A DNA stretch of 64,000 nucleotides. Origin: Eledone cirrhosa. Taxonomy: Eukaryota. The notes below the pieces were generated by a model. It was not told the origin of the DNA. It ran no database searches and saw nothing but the letters and a program-made list of their open reading frames with translations. The position numbers and the translations under genes are program-made. Below, piece after piece: positions 51,557 to 63,947 of this stretch. Each line of letters begins with the position of its first letter. Position 1 is the stretch's first letter. The DNA lies in assembly GCA_964016885.1 (NCBI GenBank), contig OZ024743.1:173662001-173726000 (forward strand). Reading direction: 5' to 3'.

Positions 51557-52736
51557 TCATCATCATCATCATCATCACCGTTTTACGTCCGTTCTTCCAC
51601 GCTAGCATGGGTTAGACGGGTTGTCCTGTTGTGTGCAGTGTCTGGTCGGCTGCCCATGCCTTGCTCATACAGGAACTGATCTGGCTTGATTTCTACAGCT
51701 GGATGCCCTTCCTAACACCAACCTCATTTACAGTGAGTGCTGGGTGCTTTTTCATGGCGCCTACACGTCCACTTTACAGTGTGGGCTGGGTACTTTTTTT
51801 CCGTGGCTCCTCCACGACCACCTTGCGGTGGGGGGAGGGGGGGGGGCATATTGTTTAATTGTTTATATGCTTCAGCATGTACCCATGGGAGGTCGGGTAC
51901 TCTGTATTACTGCGTGACGCCAGAAGTCACGGTCGTGTGTCATTGTCTTTGAGAGGTGTAATTGGGTAAGGTCAGCTTTTATCACCTCATCCCAGGTCAT
52001 CTTGTGTCTCCCCACTCCGCGGTTTCCATCAACTTCTAGTGCTCTGCACCTTTTTATGCAGCTGTCATCCTTCATACGCATCACATGTCCATACCAGCGC
52101 AACCGCCTCTCCTGCACACAGCATTTGATTCCTCTTATGCTCAGTCTCTCTCTCAATTCATTTATGCTTTGTCGTTCACGTATATTACTTTTACACATCC
52201 ATCGGAGCATGCAGGCTTCGTTTCTCTCTAATCTACGTAAGCCTTCCACCTTCAGCGCCCAGGTCTCACTACCATGCAACATCGCTGTTCGGATACACGC
52301 ATCATACAGTCTGCCTTTCATTCTGAGGGAGAAGCCTTTTGCAGCTAGCAGTGGTAGTAGTTCCCTAAACTTCTTCCATCCCGTTCTTACCCTAGTTATT
52401 GTACTTTCTGAACACCCACCTCCGTTGCTAATTCGGTCACCTAGGTAGCAGAAGCTGTCTACTGTTTCTACAGGGCCCTCCCAGAGATTGGTGGTACTTG
52501 TTTCCTGTGGCTGTTTGCTGCTTGCTGTCCCAGCACAGCTGCTGCATGTGAATCCTACATTCTTAATTAAGCTTCCTGAGATCCCGCTACATCTCTTGTG
52601 TACCCATTGTTTGCATTTGGGGCAGAGAATGGAGTTCCTACCTACACCTTTCCTACATACTGAGCAAGGCCATTTCCCTGAGGGGATCTGGGTTCTGTTT
52701 TCTCGTCTACTTACAAGGACCTTAGTCTTTGTCATG
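51557..52736 (-). mobile_element. RTE LINE 3' fragment
   Basis: MTKTKVL...KWPCSVC...FCYLG...TRPPMGTC plus 3' UTR and (CAT)n. Confidence 0.93.
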
Positions 52737-52806
52737 TATACATATATATATACATACATATATACATACCCCCCCCCCCCCCCCCCCACATATATATATA
52801 TATATA

Positions 52807-53073
52807 GACCGGGTGATGTGTTGTTTCCTTGAGCAAGACACTTTATTTCACATTGCTCCAGTTTACTCAGCTGTAGAAATGAGATGATAGGGACTGGGTT
52901 CCCTATCATTCCACTGCAAAGTGGTCGTGGAGGTGCCACGGCAAAAAAGCACCCAGCACTCACTGTAAATGAGGTTGGTGTGAGGAAGGGCATCCAGCTG
53001 TAGAAATCAAGCCAGAATCAGTTCCCGTCCCACCCTTGCAAGCAAGGAAAAGCGGACGTAGAATGATGATGAT
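52807..53073 (+). mobile_element. SINE family B, 5'-truncated
   Basis: Core and tail match 4275-4553. Confidence 0.85.
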
Positions 53074-53074
53074 A

Positions 53075-53430
53075 TATATAATATAAAACAAAAAATCAGT
53101 GATACATCTGAACTCAATTTATTGTGTTACAATTGTTTCGCCGGCGGACAGCTCGAGACGTGATCATTGTATGGTTCTGTCTGATTCTGGACCCGCAAGT
53201 TTGACGGACATGTCTAATGATTTCAGAGCATATTCTCTCACTCAGACAGATACACACAATGATCGCGTCCCGAGCTGTCCACCGGCAAAACAATTGTAAC
53301 ACACAATAAATTGAGTTCAGATGCATCACTGATTTTTCGTTTTCTATTATATCATACTCTGCTCTGTAAGAGCATAGTGTGCTCAAACGGCATACCGCCT
53401 ATGGAAGCATCTTAGCTACCATCAGACACA
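53075..53430. mobile_element. Fold-back element with about 100-bp arms and a one-sided tail; decayed hammerhead half
   Basis: AAAAATCAGTGATACATCTGAACTC... versus ...GAGTTCAGATGCATCACTGATTTTT; the left arm retains GAAAC-AATT-GTA-ACAC on the minus strand. Confidence 0.75.
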
Positions 53431-53434
53431 TATA

Positions 53435-53444
<10 letters not shown>

Positions 53445-53467
<23 letters not shown>

Positions 53468-55045
53468 GAAATTATTGTGTACAGTGCCAAGGTGCACTAC
53501 AACCCATCAAAGGTGCATGTATAGTACATAGAATAATGTACAAATGTCAGGAAAATGAACAGTGTATGAGTCATGATATAATAATAATAATAATAATAAT
53601 AATGAAATATTGTGTACAGTGCCCAGGTGCACCACAACTCATCAAAAAGTGCATGTACAGTACATAGGGCAATGCACAAACATCAGTAAAATGAACAGTG
53701 CACGAGTCATGATACACACGTGTGCATGTGTATGGAAGGGGTACATCAGGTGTAGTTTTGGCGTATTTCGGGAAGCATGAGTGTCTTAAAGGATGCAGTG
53801 TCTCGGCAGCTAACAACTGACGCAGGCAGTTTGTTCCATGCTTCAGCAACTTTGAGCGTGAAAAAATGTCTACGAAAGTCATGGGAGCTGTGCTGTTTTC
53901 TGATTTTGTAGGCATCTCCACGTGTGTTAGACACATGGAGATCAAAAAGGTGCTCAGGGTTGCAATTGGTGAGATGGTTAATAACTTTGTGGGTATTCAC
54001 CAAGTCCATTGCCAGACGTCGGAGCTTCAATGAATCCATGCCCAGGGAAGCAAGGCGTTCAGAGTATGGTAGGTGTCTGATGGAGAGTATGCACTTGGTT
54101 GCACGTCTCTGAACAGTTTCCAGGCGGTCAATGTTCTGAGCAAGATAGGGGTTCCAGACTGATGATGTGAATTCCAAGTGTGGTCGTACCATAGCTGTAT
54201 ACAGTTTTAAATAGATGGCTGGAGAGCGGCTAACAAAAGTCTTGCTGAGTGATGCCAAGACACACTCGGCCTTCTTGACAATCTTAGAAACATGCTTTGT
54301 CCAACGCAAATCGCTGCTGACAGTAATGCCCAGGTCACGTTCACAAGAGGACTTCTTGATATCAGTGTTGTGGAGGGAGTATGTGGACGCTGGATTTTTC
54401 CTTCCAAAATGCATGGTGGTACACTTGTCCACAGCCAGCTTCAGTTGCCAGTCTGTGATCCATTGTTGCATTGTGTCCAGGTCAGATTGTAGGAAAGAGT
54501 TGTAAATTTCAGGATCAGTCCTTTTGATTTCAAGGTACAGCTTGATGTCATCTGCATATTTCAGTACCGTGGCATTCTGTAAGTTGGCATCTATGTCATT
54601 AATATATGTCACAAACAAAAGGGGACCAAGAACAGATCCCTGTGGTACACCAGATGACATCTCATATGGTGAAGAATGCTGTCCTAGAACCGTGACTACT
54701 TCTTTTCGGCTGAGAATGAAGGATTTCAACCAGTCGAAAAGATCATCCCTCACACCCATTGCAGAGAGTTTTGCCATAAGTCTTTTGTGTGGCACAGAAT
54801 TAAAAGCCTTAGCAAAGTCAAGGTAAACAACATCCACCCATGAGCCGCTGTCAGTGATCCGGGTGATGTCTTCAAGGAACTCGATAAGCTGATCACAGCA
54901 GCTGGAGTTAGGGATAAATCCAAAGTGTGAGGGCCGGATGAGGCTGTGAGAGCTCCAGAAGTTCCAAAATGTTTCTCTGACACAGGATTCCATCAGTTTG
55001 GCCATACAGCTAGTAAGACTGACTGGACGATAGTTGACAGGTGAC
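53445..55045 (-). mobile_element. CR1-like LINE, 5'-truncated, RT ORF open (extra 3' tail copy at 53445-53578)
   Basis: ORF 53746..55059: NYRPVSLTS, DFAKAF, GVPQGSVLGP, KYADD, RDLGI, WNKLP; same family as 31200-33296. Confidence 0.93.
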
Positions 55046-55064
55046 ATACACATACGCACATATC

Positions 55065-55320
55065 AAATGGTGGAGAGTAAGGAGCAAATTATTGCAATAG
55101 CCTGGGGTTCAAAGGCCCTCAACTCTTTAATAAGCTGCCAAGGAATTTTGTGTGGACCTGGATGTTTTGAAGAAACGCCTTGACACTCTGCTATCCAGGA
55201 TCCCAGATGAGCCCACAGCACGCTAATGAGGGCAGCACCAATGAAGTCCCTCTTACACCAATGGCCAGGGTAGTGCCCCAGCATGGCCTCAGCCAGATGG
55301 CTGGAACAGGTAAAAGAGTA
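55065..55320 (+). mobile_element. 3' end of another CR1-like LINE
   Basis: CNSLGFKGPQLFNKLP...KKRLDTLLSRIPDEP across a frameshift. Confidence 0.6.
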
Positions 55321-55332
55321 TATATTTATATA

Positions 55333-56316
55333 CATCATCATCATCATCATCGTTTAACGTCCATGTTCCACGCTTGCATGGTTTTGGATGGGAGTTTTCC
55401 CACTTGAGGCAAGAGTGGTTGTCTTGCTCGCATAGGACTGTCTGGCGGGTTTTCTACGGCTGGATGCCCTTCCTAACACCAACCACATTTACAGTGTGGG
55501 ACTGGGAGGTTTTTACCGTGTTGCCTACACGGCCACATTACAGCGTGGACTGTGTGTTTTTTTTGTCGTGACACCTACACGATCTCATTTGTTTCGGCCT
55601 GGATGTTGTGGCACCAACGTAACTTTACATTGAAAGGGGCAGTGTGGATGGGGTGGGGGTGATGGGACGGGGGTGTATTTTGTTAGAGATGCCTACTGAC
55701 TGTAGTAGGTTTTACTTTGTATTTAGGTAAGGCGGGTCTTCTCTATTACTGAGTGCCGCCAAAGATCTCGGTCCAGTGACATTGTCTTGGAGGGGTGTAA
55801 GTGTGTGAGGTTGGAGTTTATCAGGTCGTCCCAGGTTTTTCTGGGTCTGCCTACTCCGTGGCTACCGTCTATCTTTATTGCTCTGCACTTTTTTATACAG
55901 CTGTTGTCTTTCATGCGCATCACGTGACCATACCAACGTAGCCTTCTCTCGAGTAAACAACATCTGATCTCTCTTATTTCTAATTTTTCCCTTAGTTCGT
56001 TTATGCTTTGCCGTTCACATATATTACTATTACACATCCAGCGGAGCATGCAAGCTTCGTTCCTCTCTAGTCTGCGTATATCCTCTGCACTCAATGTCCA
56101 GGTCTCACTGTCATGCAACATTGCTGTTCATATGCAGGCATCATACAACCTGCCTTTCATTTTTAGGGAGAACCCTTTAGCGGCTAATAGTGGTATAAGC
56201 TCTCTGAACTTTTTCCATCCAGTTCTGACTCTAGCTACTGTACTTTCAGAGCACCCCCCCCCCCCCCTGCTGATTTTGTCACCCAGGTAACGGAAGCTGT
56301 CCACTATTTCTACAGA
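55333..56316 (-). mobile_element. RTE LINE 3' fragment (subfamily of 1-1290)
   Basis: [11 protein letters not shown]...EKTRLT plus 3' UTR. Confidence 0.92.
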
Positions 56317-57665
56317 ACATACATATATAAATACATATATAGACATACATACACATATATACACATATACATACATATATGCAAACACACACATATATAC
56401 ACACACACACATACCTACACACACACACATATATATATACACATACGTAAAAGAAGACTGGACGTATGAGACTCAAATGGAAAGGACCCGCCTAACCTAT
56501 ACAAACAGGGAAACGGAGGACGTAAGATGAAGATGGTGTGTCCATACACATACACACACACACACAGAAAGTGCACAGTCCTCACTGTCAAGTTGTCGTG
56601 TGACACGACAAAAAGCACCCAGCTCACATTGTCAATGTTGTTGGCGTTAGGAAGGGCATCCAGCTGTAGAAACCATGGCAAAATCAGTTCTGTGTGACCG
56701 AAACACAGTCCACTGACCTGGTCTCTCACAAATGGACAGCCCGTCCTACACATTCTAGCGTGGAAGATGGATGTTAAACGAAGATGATGATGAATATATA
56801 GTGACACACACACACACATAGACATGAGCAGCCTAACCTCCCCCCAACCCTCTCGGTCAAAGCCGCATGTAGTGTTATCTAGTGTGTGTGTGTGTGTTAT
56901 CTTTTTTTGTGTCTATACGTTTTAGTAAGCAGCCAAAATTCTGCTTGCTTTAACCGACGCAATTGATCAACTCAAGATTCTATAACGCATGCACTGCATG
57001 TGTTGCATGCACAGACCCTTCGCCCCTGGTGTATATATGTGTTGTAATCATCTAAAATGTCAACTCACTGTATTATAGTGAAAGTGGCTGTGTATTCCAC
57101 ATACATTTATCCCTGGAACGTAATTTACAGGCAGAATCAGTATATAGTTGAAGGACTGGATGGGACTGTGTCTATGGCGAAGACACTTGCCCAATATGTC
57201 AGGCAGGTATATGTGAGTGATACATTCATACATTATTAAAACAAGCCTTTATATATACACACACATACATACACACACTGAGAATGAGAGATACGTATGG
57301 CTTATAACATGTATTGAGTACTTCATATATATAGATAAAAATGGACGTAAAATGATGATGATAGATAGATAGATGGAGAGAGAGAGAGATTTTACCATTT
57401 TTAAAGTAGTAAGACTATTATTCAGCGAAGTACTTGGGATAGTAGACTCGAGAAACTAATAAACCTTTGTTTGTACTGCCTCTCTGTTTTGTTCCCGTTC
57501 CATTTTTCACTATATATATATAGATATATACATACACACAACACTAATTAATTTTTATACAGGCATAATATATTTTAAATTGTTACAAAGTGTATGTGTG
57601 TGTGTATATATATATATATAGTGAAAAATGGAACGGGAACAAAACAGAGAGGCAGTACAAACAAA

Positions 57666-59718
57666 TCGATCCAATAGAGGGACCAGCAGTGCAAGTTGAA
57701 GGTAGTATAATAAGTAAGGCAATCAAAGATATGAAGACAGGCAAGGCGGCTGAGCCTTTGGAAATAGTTGCTGAAATGCTGAAAGCATCTGGAATGGTGG
57801 GACATACTATGGTCACCCGGATAGTAAACCAAGTCATATAGAACGGGGTCATACCAAATGACTGGCGTAGCAGCATCATCATTAACTGCTACAAGGGTAA
57901 AGGAGATGCCCTAGATAGGGGAAACTATAGAGGCATTAAATTAATTGACCAGGTCATGAAGGTCACAGAAAAAGTTATAGCGCAACTAATCAGAGAGCGA
58001 ATTGATATAGATGAAATGCAGTTTGGGTTTGTGTCAGGTAAAAGTATCACAGGTGCCCTTTTCCTTGTACGACAACTACAGGAGAAGTACCTAGCTAAAA
58101 GTAAACCCCTATACTTAGCTTTTGTTGACTTGGAGAAAGCATTTGATAGAGTCCCCCGTGCCATTATCTGGTGGGCTGTTAGAAAACTAGGGGTTGATAA
58201 ATGGCTTGTGAGAGCTATACAAGCCATGTATAAAGAAACAGTCAGCAAGGTTAGAATTAACAACGAATATAGTGAAGAATTTAGCGTAAAAGTTGGTGTT
58301 CATCAGGGCTCTGACCTTAGCCCCCTCCTATTTATTATTGCCCTTCAGGCTATAACAGGGGAGTTCAAGACCGGCTGCCCATGGGAACTTCTATATGCAG
58401 ATGATCTGATGCTCATAGCTGAATCGATGACTGAACTAGAGAAGAAATTCCAAACATGGAAGCATGGTCTAGAATCAAAAGGCCTTAAAGTTAACTTGTC
58501 TAAGACTAAAGTTCTAGTATGTAGGTCCCCTCTGGGAAATGGCCATGCTCAGTGTGTAGGAAAGGAATAGACAGAAATTCCATTTTATGTCCCAAATGCA
58601 AAGTATGGGTGCATAAAAGATGTAGTGGGATCACAGGTAAGCTATCTAAGAATGTAGATTTTATATGTGGCCGGTGCTCAGGTGCAATAAGTAGCAAGCG
58701 CCCACAGGATACTATCTCCTTCTATTGCCCAGATGGCTCTATAGAAATAGTGGACACCTTCCGTTATCTGGGTGACAAAATCAGCAGTGGTGGAGGGTGC
58801 TCGGAAATTACAGTAGCCAGAGTCAGAACGGGATGGAAAAAGTTCAGAGAGCTTATACCACTATTGGCCGCTAAAGGGTTCTCTCTAAAAATGAAAGGCC
58901 TGCATACGAACAGCTATGTTACATGGCAGTGAGACATGGGCATTGTGTGCAGAGGATCTGCGCAGACTGGAGAGGAACGAAGCATGCATGCTCCGTTGGA
59001 TGTGTAATAGTAATATACGTGAACAGCAAAGCATAAATGAACTAAGTGAGAAATTAGGTATAAGAGGGATCAGATGCTGTTTACTCGAGAGAAGACTACG
59101 TTGGTATGTTCACGTGATGCACATGAAAGACGACAGCTGTATAAAAAAGTGCAGAGCGATGAAAATTGACGGAGGTTATGGAGTAGGCAGACCCAGAAAA
59201 ACCTGGGACGATTTGATAAATTCTGACCTTACACACTTACACCTCTCTAAGACAATGTCACTGGACCAAGATCTTTGGCGCTACACAGTAATACAGAAGA
59301 CCCACCTTGCCTAAGTACAAAGCGAAACCTACAGTCAGTAGGCACCTCTTAATCAAATATACACCCCCATGCCACTCACTACCCCAACTCCCCCACCCCG
59401 ACCCCCATCCACACCACCCCTTTCTCTGTAAAGTTATGTTGGTACCACAACATCCAGTCCTAAATAAATGAGGTTGTGTAGGTGTCACAACAAAAAAATA
59501 CACAGTCCACGCTGTAATGTGGCCGTGTAGGCAACACGGTAAAAACCTCCCAGTCCCACACTGTAAATGTGGTTGGTGTTAGGAAGGGCATCCAGTCATA
59601 GAAAACCTGCCAGACAGTCCTATACGAACAAGACGACCAACCTTGCCTCAAGTAGGACAATTCCCGTCTAAACCCATGCTAGCATGGAAGATAGATGTTA
59701 AACGATGATGATGATGAT
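57666..59718 (+). mobile_element. RTE LINE, 5'-truncated, frameshifted
   Basis: DPIEGP, NYRGIKL, QFGF, DLEKAFD, YADD, PHD, FRYLG, 3' UTR with (ATG)n. Confidence 0.93.
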
Positions 59719-59847
59719 ATATACATATTCGTGCACGAATTGGGCTGATCAGTCAGCTACGGGTGCATAACTGAAGGAAACTGACCCTCCATACTCTGAC
59801 ATAAGTGAAGAGGCAATAATTATATATATACATATATATATATATAT

Positions 59848-60384
59848 ATGATGGCTGCCCCCTCATTATCGAGCATGGCCATTGCACGATATACCATTAT
59901 TAATAATTATTAATTAATTCTATCGTGCAATGCCTGTGCTTGAAGATATTTTTTGAAGTGAGGAAAGACTGTGCACTGAGCCAATCCCACTCTCTGAGCG
60001 ACAGTAGCTATAACCTGAAAAGAAGAAAAGATCAACATCATCGGTAACTACTGAGCCGGAGGTTTTATATCGGAGTTATCCCAGTTTTCTGAGTTGCCTT
60101 CTCCTAGAAGAATGCTCTGACAAAGGCTAGGGGTCCTTCACTCCCAGTGGTTTAACCGCGCAGTACATGTGTATATACATATTTACAGACTTTTCGATGG
60201 CCGTTGACTCTTATGAGTTCTTCTGCCCTTTGTCAGGTTTTGTTTTTTGTCCTACAGGGTGTCCAAAATTTCCCTCCTCACCAAGTAAACTTGGTGGGGT
60301 TGCCGGTTTAGTCGCCAACGACCCGACCATGCGACAGGTTTTACTGGGTTACGTGTTACCAGTAGCACTCAAGAGTGACTCGAC
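59848..60384 (-). mobile_element. Non-coding RTE-5'-UTR-like element, second subfamily
   Basis: Homologous to 49797-50406 at the 5' end and to 48039-48180 at the 3' end. Confidence 0.65.
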
Positions 60385-60522
<138 letters not shown>

Positions 60523-60531
60523 TATATATAT

Positions 60532-61597
60532 ACCAGATAGAAAAGTGCGTACAGCAAAAAAAAGTAATATTGTTGGAATATAAACCTTTAAAAATACAGG
60601 ACAAGAAACTAAAATAAAACTTTAAAAGAATAGGACAAGAAACTAAGATAAAACTTTAAAAGAATAGGACAAGAAACTAAGATAAAACTTTAAAGAATTG
60701 GACAAGAAATAAAAAATGTTACAATAATATTAGTGGCAAAATTTTTATTGGTAAAAAATCGAGTTCCACATTCATAGGCTCTGGGTTCCACATTCAGAGG
60801 TCGTCGTCAGACCGGGGGGATCATTTGATCCTGGTTTGAACACCAATTGGGCCATAACCATACCCCTATTTCATCATTCGGCGACACGCCTCATGTGTCA
60901 TGCATAATGTGAATGGACCCATGGGCCCATGAGCACAGATCTTGAGCAGCAGCGGACGGTCTTGTCGTCCCGCTCATCCTTGATCTTGACCAACCCGTCC
61001 ATCTTCTCCTTGCATCTTGTCCTTGAGTTCAAGTCCGGCAGTCCAGATGAATGCGTGCCACAGCTTTCTGGTACAGGAAGGGGTAGCAGGAGGACTGGAG
61101 GGATGACGGGACAGAGGGAGGGAGGACCGGTGGTTGAGGGAGGTGCCGTAGTCGGTGGTCATAGTCGACATCTTGTCCCGGTCGTCTTCTCCATCTTCGT
61201 CTGGTGTTGCGGGACCAGAAGTGCATTCTTGGAGGAGACCTGCAGCTGCATCGGCCAATTCTTCTTGCAATGGTCATTCTGACGGAGCAGAACTACTCAG
61301 CCAACCAACCGCTCAGGGGCAACGCACAATGAGAGCATGACAATTATTATGCACTAATCAAGAAGACACAGGAAACGAATAAAAAAATTTTGCGACTAAT
61401 ATTATTGTAAAATTTTTTATTTCTTGTCCAATTCTTTAAAGTTTTATCTTAGTTTCTTGTCCTATTCTTTTAAAGTTTTATCTTAGTTTCTTGTCCTATT
61501 CTTTTAAAGTTTTATTTTAGTTTCTTGTCCTGTATTTTTAAAGGTTTATATTCCAACAATATTACTTTTTTTTGCTGTACGCATTTTTCTATCTGGT
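60532..61597. mobile_element. Fold-back element: about 217-bp inverted arms with internal 33-bp tandem units around a GC-richer 630-bp core
   Basis: 60532-60749 is the reverse complement of about 61378-61597; unit AGGACAAGAAACTAAGATAAAACTTTAAAAGAAT. Confidence 0.85.
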
Positions 61598-61843
61598 CTA
61601 CTATTTTTTAAGGCAATGCAAGCAACAACTATCTAATAATTAAATTATCATAGTGAATTACTGACAAGTGATTGACATTTTAAATTTTCTTTTGAGTATA
61701 ATTGCAATCTAGTTGAGGCAACTGGCTTAATGACAAAGCTAGTAAATCATGAATGCATTTGAGATGATTAGTGCATAATAGTGAATTGGTGAAACTTGTG
61801 CATTTCAATGGTGTTACAACAATAGATGTAAGTTATATAGTAG

Positions 61844-63947
61844 TATAGCGAGATTACTGGTTGTATGAATGTAACAAAACGAGACATTGTTTGTGTATAT
61901 AATATTTAATTAACGGTAGATAGAATACTTGACATGTCAAAGATAGATGTTAGAATGAAACAAAGTTAGTAGTTACCGATTTGATTGCCAGGCAAACGCG
62001 GCTGGCAGAGGGCGCCTGGCTAAGGCCAGGCGCCTGTTGGCCAAATTAATGGCAGAACCAAATGAGAGGCTCTTCGACCTGGTGCCGAAAAGGCAAAGAG
62101 AGAAAGGAAGCTTAAAGTTGTTAGTTTTATAGGGCTCTGACCGGAAGTTGCAGAAAGGGTTCCACTTCCCGTCTAGATCCTAATCAAAACAAGGGAGACA
62201 ACCGCTACATAACCTCCCGCCAGAATTTTAGTGTATAAAAATCGAAATGAAAATATGTAGCAAGTTGGCGAGAATGTTGTAACAGGCATGAAAATTACGA
62301 CAAAAGAATGTTTGGAAAAATCAATGATAGATATCAAGGTAGCCAACCGCTCTTGGCCAGAGAACGACTGGACATCCATCTATCCATCACCCAAAGATAC
62401 AATGTAATAAAGTAAAAGTAATAGAAGAGCTCAAAGTTCAAAATATAGTTCACAGGTGTGCAATCACATGACAGCAGGAAAGAAAGTGTGTTCCAGAGAA
62501 TGAATGCAGGTGGTTTCTGTTCTGTGGTATATCGTGAAATTTCCAACCTCCGAATGGATTTTCTCACAGGAAGAGTGCTGCAAAAATAAATTCTCTGGCT
62601 TTGGTGAAGCTGTGTTGATGTATTGCTGTTTCTGTTATATTGCTGTTGCTGCTGCTGTTGTCTCGCTGAGTGAGCGTATTCGGTGTTTAAATTCACAGTA
62701 AAAAAATTTTTTTTTTTAGAAAAAAATGAGTTGCGCAAAGTGCTAGAAATAGCAGCCGAAGTTGATGGTCGATGTTGAGAATGCGTTGACCTGGAAGGGT
62801 CAAGAGGCCAGCGACCAGAGAAATAAGCATTCTTAATAAATGCGCGGTTATCAACGGTAAATTTACATTGTAAATTTATAAACCGGCAAATAGAAGAATA
62901 TAGCTTAAGGCTGAAGAATCCCTGGTGATAAATGGCGTGCGGCTGTCTGTGAGTAGAGACATCTCAGTGAATCGAGAATTTATGCTGCCTACACGTGCCA
63001 ATACAAGGTTGAAAAAAAAAATATTTCTAACGCGCGAGAAAATGATAGTGCAATTTTGAAAGTGACAATGATGAAAAAGAAAGGCTTCAATCAGCATAAT
63101 TATAGGTGTGAACTTTGGAAAAAAACAAAAAACTTGAACGATGAAGAAAACGAAGAACAAAAGGCAATGGTTCATCGAAAATAAATGTTCCTGTTGAAAT
63201 GTTTTTTAAAGAATATCAAATTTCTTTTTTTTTTTTTGTGTTTTGAAAGAGTTTGTTGTAAGAAACGAGAAACATATATATATATCGTGAAATGTTTTTT
63301 TTGTTTTGAAAGTGTTCGTTGTAAGAAACGAGAAACATATATATATATATTGGTGAAATGCGACAGTTAATTGATGCGTGAGAGAAAAAGTATGTCTGTG
63401 CGAATTCCACATGTGCGTGTGTGCGTGTCCTTGAGTATTTTCATAGTTTGTCGCTAAATTTGCTGTGTATTCGTAATGTTACTCACAAAACCAGATGTGC
63501 TATTTTTTTCTTTTTTTGGGGGGGGGGTGACCCTTATAGCGATGAACGGCTGCGTGTTCGTATCACGTCAGGGTTACCAATATAGCGAGGATGCTGGGTT
63601 GCATGAATGTAACAAAACGAGACATTGTTTGTGTATATAATATTTAATTAACGGTAGATAGAATACTTGACATGTCAAAGATAGATGTTAGAATGAAACA
63701 AAGTTAGTAGTTACCGATTTGATTGCCAGGCAAACGCGGCTGGCAGAGGGCGCCTGGCTAAGGCCAGGCGCCTGTTGGCCAAATTAATGGCAGAGCCAAA
63801 TGAGAGGCTCTTCGACCTGGTGCCGAAAAGGCAAAGAGAGAAAGGAAGCTTAAAGTTGTTAGTTTTATAGGGCTCTGACCGGAAGTTGCAGAAAGGGTTC
63901 CACTTCCCGTCTAGATCCTAATCAAAACAAGGGAGACAACCGCTACA
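61844..63947 (-). mobile_element. Complete non-autonomous LTR retrotransposon (TRIM/LARD-like)
   Basis: LTRs 61844-62209 and 63581-63947 with termini TGTAGCG...CGCTATA on the minus strand; 4-bp TSD GTAG (61840-61843, 63948-63951); PBS TGGTAACCCTGACGTGAT; PPT-like GGCGGGAGG at 62213-62221; TATAAAA in each LTR; no gag/pol motifs. Confidence 0.9.
63529..63579 (+). other. tRNA-Trp-like minihelix with encoded CCA; its complement is the PBS
   Basis: GACCCT...GCGTG TTCGTAT CACGT C AGGGTT A CCA resembles the acceptor stem and T-arm of metazoan tRNA-Trp. Confidence 0.7.

Noticed and set aside
51872-52993. 373-aa ORF with an apparently novel N-terminus
   Set aside because: Chance read-through from an antisense SINE and a microsatellite into a truncated RTE.
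57079-57206. Possible next FAM47-like exon ending CAG|GTATAT
   Set aside because: The open frame needs a phase that does not match exon 5, and no FAM47-like motif is recognisable.
62334-63412. Short ORFs inside the LTR element
   Set aside because: Low-complexity, with no gag, protease, RT or integrase motifs.
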